NCBI RefSeq assembly: GCF_036971445.1 | Contig: NC_091476.1 | Location: forward strand, 130,758,001-130,822,000 | Source of the DNA: Narcine bancroftii | Taxonomy: Eukaryota | Length of the DNA stretch: 64,000 nucleotides | Direction of reading: 5' to 3' | Shown: positions 34,657 to 48,737 of the stretch, piece after piece | How positions within the stretch are numbered: the first letter of the stretch is position 1 | Layout: each line of letters opens with the position of its first letter | The notes under the pieces: generated by a model | The model's database searches: none | The model's input: the letters and a program-made list of their open reading frames with translations, nothing else | Told to the model about the DNA's origin: nothing | Made by a program: the position numbers and the translations under genes

Positions 34657-36209
34657 CTACAGAACAGAAGATTTAATCTGATGAGTATTCTAGGTTCATT
34701 TGGAAAAAAAATAGATACTTTGCCAAAAATACAAGTCACTCAGATATTGCAGTTTAAAAAAAAAAAAAAAAATCCTTGGCTGATATAGTTGTGAAAGTTT
34801 CCAATGTTTTGAAATGAGAAATAAAATTGTTTCTTGAACTCAGTGATAGAAGACAAATAGGCATGAACACTTTGAACAGAAAGCAAACTAAATAACACAA
34901 AATCTATACTGCCTTGTCTACAAAATGGTATCTGGATACAGTGTCAATGTGGAGATGATTAAGAAATGGGTATGAATGTGGGCTGTCTGAAATTGCACTT
35001 CATGTCATTTGTGGACAAAAGGGAGGCTGGGTCTTCTGGTTCAATCTCTTCACATTTGAACACAGAATAGACATTTTGGCTGCTCTGCTTCTAAACAACT
35101 CCATATTCCTATCTCTGCCTCAAAATATTCAAAGACTCTCCTGGTGCCCTTTTATGAAAAGACTCTCAATCCTCTAAAACAAAACAATCACCTCATCTTG
35201 GTCTTAAATGTATGACCTCTTAATTAAATGTTACCCCTGGATTGGAGTACTTAGAAATGTTGTAAAAAGCAAAAGGTATCGATTTGTAAAATTGGTATCA
35301 TTAAACATAACAGAAGGGAAAATCCACAATTCCTTCACTCACTCAACATTGAATTCGTGTTGAAGGGGCAACACATCTCAGTCGACAACAGTTTTGTATG
35401 TAAAATTGTACTGAGATCTCACTGACATTCTGTGGTAAATTCAAATGCTCCCATTGAGGAGTCCCTGACAGGGAGCCTCATTTATTGCTTTTTCCCTGAC
35501 CGCCACTCATTTGATGTGTGATAGTGGTCAAATTTGTACTGCTTAAATTGGTCTGAATCATTGGAAAAACTTGTCTGCCTCTCTATTTCCTCTGTGTCAT
35601 ATGATCATAAAGGGTTTCAGGGCGCACATTAACCTCTGTTGAGTGAGTGGAGGAACTCTGGGTTTGCCTTTGTTATGTTTAATAGCACCAGTTTTACAAA
35701 TCGATACATTTTGCTTTTTACAACATTTCCAAGTTCTCTAATCTATTTAAATATATCATCAGAATGTGTTCGCTGGTAAAGGACCGATAGAAAAGGAGAA
35801 AAAGAATCTAGCAACACCAGTGAATATTTCTCCCTGCTGAATTTACAGAGCTAACATCAACATATCATTGAGTTGAGATTGCTGTGTGCATCAGGCACCT
35901 TATCCCAGAAAAATATGTATTTATAACATTGGTTCAACTACTCTCATTGACTCAGCCACTTACTGAACTACACAGGAGTCTGCAGACACTAGAAACTGAA
36001 GCTAAACCCACTCTGCTGGAGGATTGCAATGCATTGGGCAGCATCAATAGGGGATAAAGAATAGTTGTCAACGTTTTGACCCAAAGCTCTTCATTGAGAC
36101 TTTAACAAGGCCTTTATCGATAAAGGGTATCAGCTCAAAATGTCAACCATTCCTTTTCTCCACCTGATTCTTCTCCAATCACTGTGTTCATCCAGCAGAG
36201 TGTATTTAA

Positions 36210-38400
36210 TTAGAACATAAGAAATAGGAGCAGGAGTAGGCCTTCTGGCCCATTGCCTCCTTCGCTATTCACTAAGATCATGGATGATCTGATCATTGAG
36301 TCAACTCCACCTACCTGCCTTTTTCCCATATCCCTTAATTCCTTTTTTATGTAAAAATCGATCTAACTGAACCTTAAATATATTTAATGAAGTAGCCTCA
36401 ACTGCTTCCCTGGGCAGATAATTCCACAGATTCACTTCTCTCTGAGAAAAACAGTTTTTCCTCATCTCCATCTTGAATCTACTCCCCTGAATTTTGAGGC
36501 TGTGTCCCCTAGTTCTGGTCTCATCTTCCACTGAAAACAATTTTCCTGCCTTTATGTTATCTATCCCTTTCATAATTTTTGTATGTTTCTATAAGATCTC
36601 CTCTCATTCTTCTGAATTCAAGTGAGTATAATCCCAGGCAATTTAGTCTTTCCTCGAGAGTCAACCCCCTCATCTCCAGGATCAACCTGGTGAACCTCCT
36701 CTGGACTGCCTCCAAGGCCAGCATATCCTTCCTCGAGTATGGAGACCAGAACTGCACACAGTACTCCAGATGCAGTCTCACCAGTACCTTGTATAGTTGC
36801 AGCATGACCTCCCTGCTCTTGAATTCAATTCCTCTAGTGATGAAGGCCAACGTTCCATTTGTTTCTTAATAACCTGTTGTACCTGCAACCCAACTTTTTG
36901 TGATTCATGCACAAGCACTCCCAAGTCCTTCTACACATAAGCATGTTGCAGTTTTTCACCATTTAAATAGTAATCTGCTCTTCTATTTTTCCTACCAATG
37001 TGGATGACTTCGCATTTACTAACATTGTACTCCATCTGCCAGACCTTTGCCCACTCACCTAACTTAACTATATCCTTCTTCAGCCTCTCCACATCCTCGG
37101 TACAATTTGCTTTCCACTCAATTTAGTATCATCCACAAACTTGGCTACACTACACTCTGTCCCCTCTTCCAAATCACCAATGTAAATGATGAACCGCTGC
37201 ATTCCTACCACCGACCCCTGCGGCCCCCCCACTTACCACTGTCTGCCAATCAGAAAAACACCCATTTATCTGACTCTCTGTGTTCTGTCAGTTAACCAAT
37301 CCTCAATCCATGCCAATTTACTTTCTCGACTCCATTCATCTGCATCTTATTGATAAGTCTCGTGCGGCATCTTATCAAACACCTTTTGGAAATCCAAATC
37401 TACAACATCATCCTGTTCCCCTCTATCAACTGCACCCAATATATATTCAAAGAATTCCAGGAAGTTTGTCAAATAAGACCTGCCCTTTCTGAATCCATGC
37501 TGCATCTGCCTGATGGAACCCCTCGCAATTTCATCCTTAATGACAGTTTCAAGCATTTTCTCGACTACAGATGTTAAGCTAACTGGCCGTAGTTACCAAT
37601 CTTCTGCCTACATCCCTTTTTAAAAAGTGGCGTGATGTTTGCTTTTTTCCAATCTGCTGGGACCTGCCCAGAATCCAGAGAATTTTGGTAAATGACTACC
37701 AATGCATCGATTATAACTCCCGTCATTTCCCTCCATACCATGGGATGCATCCCATCAGACCCAGGGATTTGTCTGCTTTCAGTCACATTAGTTTGTTCAT
37801 CACTATCTCTTTCATAAACAATTATTTTATTGAGGCCCTCACCTCTTTTCGCATCCCTTTCACCACTCTTCGGCATGCTGGGCGTGTCTTCCATCGTGAA
37901 GAATGACACAAAATACTTGTTCAATGCCTCAGCCGTTTCTTCATTACTCAGTACCAATCTCCCTCTCTCATTTTCCAAGGGACCTATGTTGATTCTAGTC
38001 ATCCTCTTCTGTTTTATATATTTATAACATTTTTTGCTATCTTTTTATACTATCTGTTTTTATATTTTGTGCTAATTGACCTTCATAATCCTTCTTTCCT
38101 TTCCCTATTTCCCTTTTAGTTGTCCTTTGTTGCCTTTTAAAGTTTTCCCAATCCTTCAGATTCTTACTACTCTTGGCTACTTTCTACACATGAGCTTTTA
38201 ATTTTATACTTTCCTTTATTTCATTAGTTAACCAAGGTTGACTCTTCCCTCTCTTACTGCCCTTATTTTTAATGGAAATATATTTTTGTTGAGCACTGTG
38301 AAAAATCTCTTTGAAAGTTTTCCACTGTTCATCAACTGTTCTGCCAACAAGCCTGTGCTCCCAGTCCATGCTGACCAATCTACTGAAGTAAACTGGTAAC
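36210..38400 (-). mobile_element. CR1 LINE (~2.2 kb, RT region to 3' end) in CRYAB intron 2
   Basis: WKKANITPLFKKG, QHGFRKGRSYLTN, LDFQKVFDK, LEYCVQFWSP, TRTRGHSLKI; tail cttatgttct. Confidence 0.93.
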
Positions 38401-39381
38401 TACACTTCAAGAATGATGTATTGCTTCTAAAGTCTTATAGAAAGTCCTGAAGATGGAAAAGCTGCAATATAATATGTTCCCATAAACCAGGAACTCTGAC
38501 TGCTTTATATGAATCAGGACAGTGAATGAAGATCCATACTTCATCTCTGCGCCCTCCTGGGGATATTCAATGAAGGCAGTAATTAAATAATTACCTAGTG
38601 ATTACTCTATTGGTCACTTGGGTGAAATTAAATAATGAAATATCAGCTAATAACAAAAGGTTCAAGCACCTGACAGGTATCTAAAGTTCATGACTACTAT
38701 CTCATAAGTAATGTCCCGGAACATTTTTAGATTTAATTTTACAGACAGTGCATGAGATGGTTCATTCAGCATAAAGGGGAGCTGTATAGCTGCACTTGCT
38801 ATTTGTAAGTATTATTTTCTTCATCTTATAGCAGAAGAATTTTTAGCTTGTCGAATGCGCCACTAAAATGCAAACTGAAGCCAATTTGACATCAATACTG
38901 ATAAACGTCTGCGTTTTTCATCGTGGTTGTGCATATTCAGAATGCTTCACAACTGAGAACCTTCTAGAGTGCTACATGGGCATTCTTCCAATGGCTTTAT
39001 AACTGATCCAGTGTGTGCCAGTAAAGATATTAAAAATAGGCCAACACCAGGATCAACTGAGTCTGTAAGAATAAAAAATTATTTTAAAAAACTAAAAAAC
39101 CTGTTCAAAATAACCTGGATCGGAATGGACATTTGGTGCATCAGATAATTTTAAAATCTCAGGGGGGATTTAATCACCAGACACAGGTTTCGGTTCCCTC
39201 AAAAATTATAATGTTGTGAAGGATTTGGCATGTAAGCTATCTCCTTCCTTGTAAAGTGTGATCCCCACAAATTAAATCCAAACTAGCATTTTCTCTGAGT
39301 ATTCTTCAGAGTTCATCTAGCAGATGAAGGTAACTACAAAACAGAACAAATAAAAAATGGAACAACATGGATAAAATGTAC

Positions 39382-39504
39382 CTGTCGTTCTTCATGCTGA
39401 GCTTGGATTTCAATAAAGTCACCCTGAATTTTCACTCGAATTTCTTCAGGGGTAAAGTGTTTGACATCAAGGTGAATTGCAAATTTATCCTTGTCCAGTT
39501 TCAG
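39382..39504 (-). CDS. CRYAB: AlphaB-crystallin exon 2 (LKLDKDKFAIHLDVKHFTPEEIRVKIQGDFIEIQAQHEERQ)
   Basis: tttcag acceptor and GTACAT donor; 123 nt, phase 0-0. Confidence 0.97.
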
Positions 39505-40089
39505 CTGAAAGAGATGGAGCATATCTTCTTAGCAAAGTATCGATGCCAAAGTCCCGTTTTCTTCAACATTATCAAGGTAATAAAATGACTGGACAGAAGT
39601 AGAATCCTGAATTTTCACAACTCAGCTCCAATGGTGCTGATGTCTCTGTCAGGACAATGTATTAGGGACAAAATATATGGTTCAGTGCACAAATCTATCA
39701 ATTATTTCCTAACTTTCTTTACGCTTTTGTGGCTGTAAAAATACATTACGATTCCTCTTGTAAGCAGTCAAATAACATAATCTTAATGACATAAATACTC
39801 TTTACCAATAGAGTAAAGAAATTTCTAATCTTTTCTCAATATTCTGTCCAATGCAACCTACAACCACGTGAGTCTGCAAGTAGCTGGTTGAAGCTTAAAA
39901 AGTTACATTAATTGTTTTTAAGATGGATCAATTGATATCATTTTTTAAGGTATTATATGTCCCATTACAAAATAATTTCTGAGTCAAATAAAGTAGAGCT
40001 TTATTTGTTCCTTGCATTCTAGATTTTGTGAGTCCAATAATCAATGTGGAGCTTTGTGCAACAGGGAAGTTTATGAGTCAATCACGAAA

Positions 40090-40670
40090 CTGTACAGACA
40101 CCGTGGTTTGAAGCTCAGAAGGCCAAACAGCAAAGGTAAAAATACATAACCAACATTTAGGACTTGAGCCCTTCATCAAGGTATGAGAGAATGCCGGCAG
40201 GTGTCTGAACAAAAAAATGGGTGTGGGGGGGTGGGGGAGGATGACAAAGGCAGAAGAGATGATAGGTGGAGAGAGGAGGGAGGCGACAGCAGCAATAAGG
40301 GGGGGGGGGAGGAAAGATGGCTAGGTGAACAAGGGAGAAGGGAAGGGAGAACTGGAACGGGAGGAGGAAAGAAAAGGCAAGCATGTTTAGCAGAAAGCAG
40401 AGAGGTCAATGTTGAGGCCATCTGGCTGGAGGGTGCCCAGACGGAAAATAACGTGTTATTCCTCCAATCTGCGGATGGTCAAGGAAGGGTTGTACATAAG
40501 ACCAAGGACAGACGTGTGAGTGTGGGGGTGTGACTCAGAATTGAAATGATTGGCTACTGGGAGATCACTGGGCAGACAGAGAGGAGGTGCTGAGCGAAGC
40601 AATCTCCCGATCTGCGACTGGTTTCTCCAATGTAGAGAAGGCCACATTATCAGGAATCTGGTGTTCAAAG
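40090..40670 (-). mobile_element. Penelope-like element 3' part (GIY-YIG endonuclease remnant)
   Basis: LYIGETS..., DLPVANHFNSESH...SVLGL...RRLEE...FRLGTLQPDGLNIDFS, then a pyrimidine-rich tail and gatgaagggctcaag. Confidence 0.85.
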
Positions 40671-43600
40671 ATTTCTACAAAGGATAACAGCTCTCCTGTG
40701 TAATACTGCACAGGGGATGCAACTTTATAGTGTGAACATCAAGTCTTAGGTTAAACATCCATCTATTATCAAAGGCACACACTGGGTATCCATAGAATAC
40801 ACTGCAGCAACTCACCAAAATTTTATCAAAGGAACTTCACAATCCATTCATCTGATGAAAGGATATGGACAGGAGGTTCACAGGAACACATTTCTCATCA
40901 AGTCACATACTCCCCTGATATTGTTGTTCCTTTATTGCTGCTTGGCTGACATTCTGGAACTCTTTCCCCACGTTAAAGGTAAAGGTTCCATTATTGTCAC
41001 CTATTACTATATTTAGAATGTAACATACATGAAATTCTTTAACTTTTGTCTACCATAAGGCAGACATAGAGTCACCACTTTGTGCAGCGCCTCTTACATT
41101 AACTGCAAAGTTTCATTTTCAAATCATTGTCAGGTGTTTAGTGCAAATGTGTCCCTGCAGACACGTGTGCCAAGGATGGAGGGTTTGATGAAAGTGATGG
41201 ATGTTGACTTGCACTATCCAGGCATGAACAGGTTATTCCATCACCCTCCTGATAAGTGGCAAAGATGCTTTAGCTAGTGTCGAGGGGAATTACTTTCACA
41301 GGATACTAGCTTCCAATCTGTTTAAGCAGCCATAGAATTTATGTGATGAGTTTAGTTGAGTTTTCGATATAACTTTACCCCAAAATATTGATGCAGAGGA
41401 TTGAATAGTGATAATATTATTGAATGTCATGGAGAGGTGGTTGAGAAGTTTTGTTCAAGTTAGTCATTGTGTGATGTGAATACAACAGTATTTACTATTT
41501 ATCAACTCAAGTTAATGGGAAGAGCAGTATCCAAGGAGGTTTTTGAGGGTCTATTTTCTATCCTAAACCTTTCTTATGACCCAGATGTATTTACTGTGAG
41601 ATTGACCAAGCAGAAGGGCAAGTCTTCAGCTGATGACCATTGTACACCATCAAACATTGGCTCAGGAGTAGCAGAGAAGGTTGACCCGTCATAGAAAGTA
41701 CATCACTTTTGACACTGGCTTTTTGTAATTGTACCATTGTGTTTTCGATCAGTGGAATGGAATTTTCCTCTCCAGTCTGCACTGGATACTGCTGGAACAT
41801 TCTTTTCATAAACAACATTCTGACTCAACCCACAGAGCAAAGGACATGGTTATCTGAAAAGGCACCTTACATTAAACAAAGACACACATTGTCAGGAAAT
41901 GTTAACTTGTTAAGACATGATGAATTACTCTTGGAATTAACACAGAACATCCTAGTAGCATTTGATTCAAGATATTTCAAAATTTTTTGGATGAATTAAT
42001 TGATGTTTCAGGGCTCCAGATCTGCACATTCCAGTGTCTTGGCAAAATTGAGCAACCTGGTGCCCATTGATCCCTGTTACAACAGTTATTAGCTAAACCT
42101 AAATCATAACTTCAGTAGAAAGAGAATCAGTTTTATCATTAATTTGAGTAGAAGATCAAATGACTTACCATTCCATTCAAGTTTTAATCTTTTTAGTCTT
42201 GAAAATCTTTCTAACTTAATGTGGAAAAAACCAGAATAATTTCACGTTTAAAATACATTAATTATTGCGAATTATTCCCCAGAACTGTGCAGAAGTAAAA
42301 ATTTAAAACCCAACTCCAAAGTAACCATGGTCACTCTCAGCTTAATTCAAGCCTAAGATCTGATAATGAACTTGAACCCAACACACAGTCACCTCCCATC
42401 AGCCTGAGCCTTGTAACCAGGCCAAGTAGGTAAATGGGGTGTAGAGGCCAGGTGATGCATGCACGTCTCCAGAAAGTGATGTGCCATCTTTCTTTGCCAC
42501 ATGCACCACTCAATCAGCCAAGAGCTGGATTGCTGGGGAGGGGGTTACGACAGTGAGTATCAAACTCTCTCCCAATATCCAGTTAACTGTCATGGAGATC
42601 TGGCCTCCTTCATGTCTCAGGACCTGGGGCCTTTCCATCTGTCATCTTCATCTTGTGACCCACTCTCTGCTCCAGAACTGGGCGGACAACCATGTCTTGA
42701 ACTGGCCTCGTCCACTCTTATGCAGTGCCACTCTCTCTCTGACCTGACCTGACCTGGAGGTGGCCCAGCCCACTGATCAAGCCCCATGCCTTCCAATCGA
42801 CCCCGCTCACTCTGACCCGAGCTCTTGCCTTTAATGGAAATTGATCTAGCCTCACCCTCGGGCAGGTAACAAGGTTGGTGTTTGAGTTCAAACTTTTGGT
42901 CAAAACTAGAATAAAGTTAGAAATAATGGAAATGCTCAGCACGTCAGGCAGCATCTGTGCAACCAGAAGTAGAACTGTCCTGGAAAGGAATTCAATCCAA
43001 AGATATTAAACTCTTGATTTTCTTTTCTCCCACTTCTAATTAACAGAGTAATTGTTAATTTTCAATATTTCCTGATGGCCTCACCTTGATGTCAAGGGGA
43101 CTCACTTTCCTCCTTTCTGTGGTTTTCATGTATTTGACAAGGATAATGTGGGACCCACAGACAGGATAAGAAGTACCTGCCAACCAGATGTGTGAGTAAT
43201 TTGAGGGAAAGTGAGCTCCGTCTATTAAACTGGGCTCCATGTCCTCCCAACACAGGAACACTTGGTTCTTCATGCTATCCTGAATGCTACTGCTCTGTTC
43301 TGAGCTAAATTTTCCTGGTCTTGTCCCAGGACCAGATAATCTAAAACTAGAGGGTTACCATTTTCATACTGAGGGTGGTGGGTAGAAATTAGCTGGCAGA
43401 GGTAAAAGACATTTAGACAGGTACACATATGAAAGTTGAACTGTAGGATCTGTGCTGAGCAAGGGCAAATGGGACTTGTTTAGATAGACAACTTAATCAC
43501 CAATGGCAAATTGGACCAAAATCCCAATGACAATGATTCTCTCCCTCAGGCAGTGCATTCCAAGCACTTTCCTCCTTATATCCTCTCTATATCTCTTGTC

Positions 43601-45562
43601 CTTTACCCTGTATATTCATTCCTCAGTATATTTTGAGAGTAGAAATTTATTTATCTCCATCTGAAGGATATTCAGCAATTTGGCCACTACAACCCTGTGT
43701 GGTGGAGACCACAGGTACATAAAATGTCTTCTTCCTTAGACCTAAGTCTCTTGCCCAGTTACGTGAGACCATGACCCCTTACTAAAAAACTCCCTAGCCA
43801 GGGGAAACATTATCATTGCATTCAAACTGTCTAATTTTGTCAGAAACTTTTAAGCTTTAATCTCTCTCATTCTTCCAAACTCTATTAAATAAAAAATCTG
43901 GTCAATCTAATGTCTTATATAACAATCTTGCACTCTAGGAATTAGTCTGATGAATCTTCACTACATTACCTCTAGAGCAAGTGTTTCCTTCCTTCACTAA
44001 ACTAAATGAAATAAAACTACAGACCCTTTGTCACTGGAGTAAGATATCCTTGTTCCTATAGCCAAATCCTCTCGCTATGAAGGCCTTAACTGCTCCTTGT
44101 TATCTGCGAGTTTATTTTTCAGTGACGCTCGAAAATACAAGAACAACTCACTTTATACATTACACTTCCTCATCAAATACCATTTAATAATATACAATTC
44201 ATTTTTGTTTTTAGCTCAGGGCAAATTGACTCTCATACTTCATGTTTATTCTCTTAATCAATTTCTTTGCTTCCAGAATGTGTGCCTATATGCAGATTCC
44301 CAGTAATAAGATTCTTTTTTGTTAATGGTGCATTTAGAAGGTCTAATTCTAAGGCCATTGAAGGTATGCTGCTGATGTCCCGACGAACACAGTCCCAGTC
44401 ACCCAGCAACCTGGACACTGGTCCCAGGAAACCAATGACTCCACTTAAAAATTCTCGTATTTGTTTTCTAATTCCTCCTAAATCTCACTCTCCTGATGTT
44501 GGTAATTACCTCCAGTCTGATTACCCCATGGGAAATTTCACTTCTACATAATCATTGAATTGTACTGCCTCTGCCAAAGGATCCCCTCAGCTGTTGAAGT
44601 TCTGAGCCTCAGATTCCCTCCTCAACCTCTCATACTCTTTTATCATTTCTTGAAGTGCTCTTCAGATCCTTCCTTTTTGGTCAAGCTTTTAGTCTTTGGT
44701 CTTAATCTTTGTAAGTGACCTGGTCCATTTTACTTTCAATAATATTCCTGTGAAATGACTTGGGAGTTTTTGCTTCTTTTATGGAACTAAATAAATAAAG
44801 CCTGTTTTCATTCTTCTTCTAACAGATTTTGATATTTAATGAGGGACCAAACCAAGACCAGATTCTTGATGCAGCACAGTAAAAACATATGAACAGACAT
44901 CTTCCATTTATCATTAACTGCACCAATGAACTACTTTAACTACTTCACAGTCATAAGGTCACAATGCCATACAGTATGGAAAAAAAAGTCTGGAGACTAT
45001 GAAGTCAATCACATAGTTACACTAATCCTATGATCATCTCAGTTTATTCCTCCCACACATCTATCAACTCCCCCATCTTCTACCACTCATGGAATCAGAC
45101 AGCATGGAACAAGCCTTTGGCCTAACTCATCCATGCTGACCAAACTGACATTCTGGGCTAGTCGCATTTGCCTACATTTAGTCGATATCCTAAATTCTTC
45201 CTATCCATAAATCTGCACAAATGTCTTTTGAATAAAAAGACATTCACTTACTCAATCAGGTTAATTGACTATGGTGACTTTGTGATGTGGGAGAAAACCT
45301 GAGTACCCAGAGTAAACCCATGAAGTCACAGGGAAAATGTGCAAACTCCACACAGACAGTACCTCAGGTCAGGATTGAACCTTGACTATTAGAGCTGTGA
45401 GGCAACAGGTGACTATGTCACCCAAAATTATACATAGAAGAGCTGAATACATCCAACACTAATAGGAAGCAGACAATACATTTGATTTTAGCAGATGGAT
45501 TTTAAACAACCACTTGGTTAAAAATAAACAAGAAAAGGGCTCAATACATGCATAGAACATAC

Positions 45563-45766
45563 CTCTGAAAGTCCAGATAGTAACCAGCTTGGTATCCTAG
45601 TCAGACCTGCTGTCCTCCAGGAGAAGGGGTTAACCAAGGAGGAGAAGCTAAGGAAGGGGTCAGGGTCAATGTGTTCCCCAAAATGCTGTTCAAAGATACG
45701 GGAGGGGAAGATGGTGGTTGGAAAGAGGGATCGTCGAAACCACGGATGTTGAATCGCAATTTCCAT
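45563..45766 (-). CDS. CRYAB: AlphaB-crystallin exon 1 (MEIAIQHPWFRRSLFP...SRIFEQHFGEH...RIPSWLLSGLSE)
   Basis: MxIAIxHPW and SRxFxQxFGEH signatures; donor GAG|GTATGT; the true ATG is 45766, not the ORF-track start. Confidence 0.97.
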
Positions 45767-45852
45767 CTTCTCTTTCAAAAGAAGAGAGTGTTTAGCTTTG
45801 TGGCTTGATCTGACTAGTCCAAGAACTGCTTGAGGAGCGGATGGCTCTGGTC

Positions 45853-45893
45853 TTTATATAAACAATGACACCCACTCATCGAACCTTCTGGAA
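45853..45893 (-). promoter_or_regulatory. CRYAB core promoter: TATA box (45853-45860) and perfect three-unit heat-shock element (45881-45893)
   Basis: TATATAAA on the minus strand ~90 nt upstream of the ATG; GAAccTTCtgGAA 20 nt further upstream. Confidence 0.88.
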
Positions 45894-48643
45894 AACTGAT
45901 GCAAGACTGATTAAGTCTGTCATGTGATTTCAGTCTTTAGGGATTTATTATTTTTGGGATTACAAATAACACCAACAGAAACACAGTCTCTGTACTGTTG
46001 AACAAAGCTCTGCTGATCAACCTCTTCCTCTCCTGGCAGTGCTGCAGAATGCTTCACTAGATGACCTCATGGCATTCCAAAAGAAAGCTATTGTATCAGG
46101 AGAAATTTTATGATTTCAGTTTTACTTTTGATTAACTATTTTTGTTTCTTTTGTCTGTCTGTGTTTGGGTCATCCAGAAGCTTAACTGTAACGCTGATTA
46201 TGGTTGTTGTTTTAAATATTCCAGCCTAGAAATAGGCCAGTAGTGATCAGCTGATAAAGTACCCCGAGGTTATTTTAGTTTCTGGCTGTACTGAATGGTA
46301 TCATTCCACAGCATTGCATCACTAAGTGATAGCAACACAGAGCACTGAGGAGCTTTCTTACCTGCTCACTGTTAGTTATTTTACTCTTTTAGGGAGGTAG
46401 GCTTTATTGGCATTTATAGACCTTGAAATGCATGGTTTGCTAAGCTATTATACTGGATGACTTAAGAATCAAGTCAAATTTATTGTCAACTGATTGCACA
46501 AGTGCAACCTGATGAAACAGTGTTCTCTGATCCTTGGTGCAAAACATGCGGATGCACAACTAGATATAAGCCACATACAGACAGACAGACAAGACATATG
46601 TATTCCTATGTACAAATAAATATCTAAATATAGTTTCATAAATATGAGAGTCTCAGACGGTTAGTGCAGTCAATTCCTTTGTTAGTTCAGCATTCTCACT
46701 GCCCGTGGGAAGAAGCTGTTTCTCAGCCTTGCATGCTGGCTCTGATACTCCTGGATCTCTTCTCCTATGGGAAGAGCTGAAAGGTGCTGTGTGCGGAATG
46801 GAAGAGGGTCCTCAACAATTTTGCATGCCCTCTTCAGACAACAATCACGGTAGATCATGTTGATTGTGGGTGGGGGGGGGTGTTCTTCGATAATTTTGCA
46901 TGCTCTCTTCCTGCAACAATCTTCAGATATGTGTCAACCACATCCTGCAGGACTGGTGTCACACTCCTTCCTCATCTCTGAAAAGATGAAGGTACAAACT
47001 GAAGGGTTGTAACAAGGTTGGGGAGGGGGGAGTGGTTAAAGCCAGGTTCTTCATTGCTGAGTATTTGGATGGTGAAATACTGGAGAAACTCAGCAGGTAA
47101 AGGTACGCTGATGAAAGGCTCAACCCCAAAATGTTGCTTATGTATCTTTACCTTTGCTAAATAAAGTACACTGCTTGACCTCCTGAGATGTAATACTTCT
47201 TATTCTGGACTTTTAATAGAATTTTACCTTTAACTCTAATGTCAGACTGGAGAAGCAGAGATTGATTCCTTGCTCCTATATCTTATGGTCTCAAGATGGA
47301 CTGATAGCACTAAATGAAAAGCCAGCAGTCTCAATATCGAACGTTAGTCAATAGGTTTGTGGAGGATGAGAGGATTTTCTCCACACAGAGCCACTGGGAC
47401 CTCACTCCTGTGTGGGCAGAAGGTTGGGAGTCCATCCTGGATCTCAACTTTAGAGAAGGAGGCAGGGAATGAGATTGCTCTACCAGGAACTGGCACAAAC
47501 CTGATGGGCTGAATAGCCTCCTCCTGCCCTGTAATGGTTCTAGAAATATCCCTGCTGTTTGCCAGGTCTTGGGAAACTTGCCAACTTGAGCACTATGCCT
47601 CCAATCCACAGGTCCAGAGCATTAGGACAAAAGGGGGAGAATGGGAAAGACGGTTAACAGTGACAAGCTTCCCCATCATCTCTCTGCGTTATTTTGTGAA
47701 CTCACGCATCTTTTAATGCAGTTCTTTCTGAAAATAAAGTGATCACGCTTTATGTGCGTGGAGATAAGACCATTGTCGAGATGTTATTTCAGAAATTAGA
47801 AGCCAGTGTGTGGTGCTCACAGATCTTCTGTCAGAGAGATTCATTACCAGATTTTAAAACACAGTCTATTTTTTAATTGTCAAAACGCCTATTTCAGTAT
47901 ATTGGAAGTAAACATTGACGAACACAACGGTGGTGGGCGGTGTCAATTTCTGCGGCAGTCAGGTTCGTCCTTGCTGGGTTTTGGATGGTGTAAAAACACA
48001 CTAGAGAAACTAGTACCTTGATGAAAGGCTCAAGCCTGAAACGTTGCTAATGTATCTTTATCTTTGCTAGGACACTGAGATTCTTCGGCGTTGTGCTTTT
48101 ACTTCAATCCCGATGTCTGCAGACTTTCGTGCTTTACTGCACAGTATCTGTGGTTGAGGGTGGATTTTGTACTAACTTCCAAGTCGCTCCCTAGCCGATT
48201 AACGCAATGGTCACTGTTTGAAACAAATGTCTCTCAAAGAATCTCTTTTCTTTCAACCTGCCTGCGCGCTGGTCCATGGAATATGATCAAAGCAACAGCT
48301 CAGCATTCCGGTGGATATTTTTCTATGCTTATTGTGGTCTGGTCCAAGGTTTTGTAATTTCCCGTCCCCTGAATGTCAAAGGTTTGATTTGACCAACAGT
48401 CCACACTATCGGGATAAAAATTAGAGGCCGTCACTGCGATGTCATCGGAGAAACATCAGGCAAATAAAATACTCGTTATCATTTTAAGAGGAGATTCCCG
48501 TCCGGTGGGAAGGCTCCAACCACGGTGTCTATTTCCGTCTAATTCCTCCCCCAGCCCCGGCTGAACAACGTCCTGACGCGGGGCTGGGAGTAACCAGAGT
48601 CCAAGATTCCGGGCAGCGTGGTGCTGTGTCTTTGCTCCTCGCC

Positions 48644-48737
48644 ATGGATGACAGGTCGATCCCACACGCTTACCCCATGAGTGTGCAATACGAGGACGAC
48701 ACTCCGACCTCAATATACGACCAGAACTTCGGGGAGG
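48644..48737 (+). CDS. HSPB2: HSPB2 exon 1 (MDDRSIPHAYPMSVQYEDDTPTSIYDQNFGE)
   Basis: gccATGg Kozak context; resembles human MSGRSVPHAHP...EQRFGE; 94 nt; donor GTACGT; phase 1. Confidence 0.93.
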
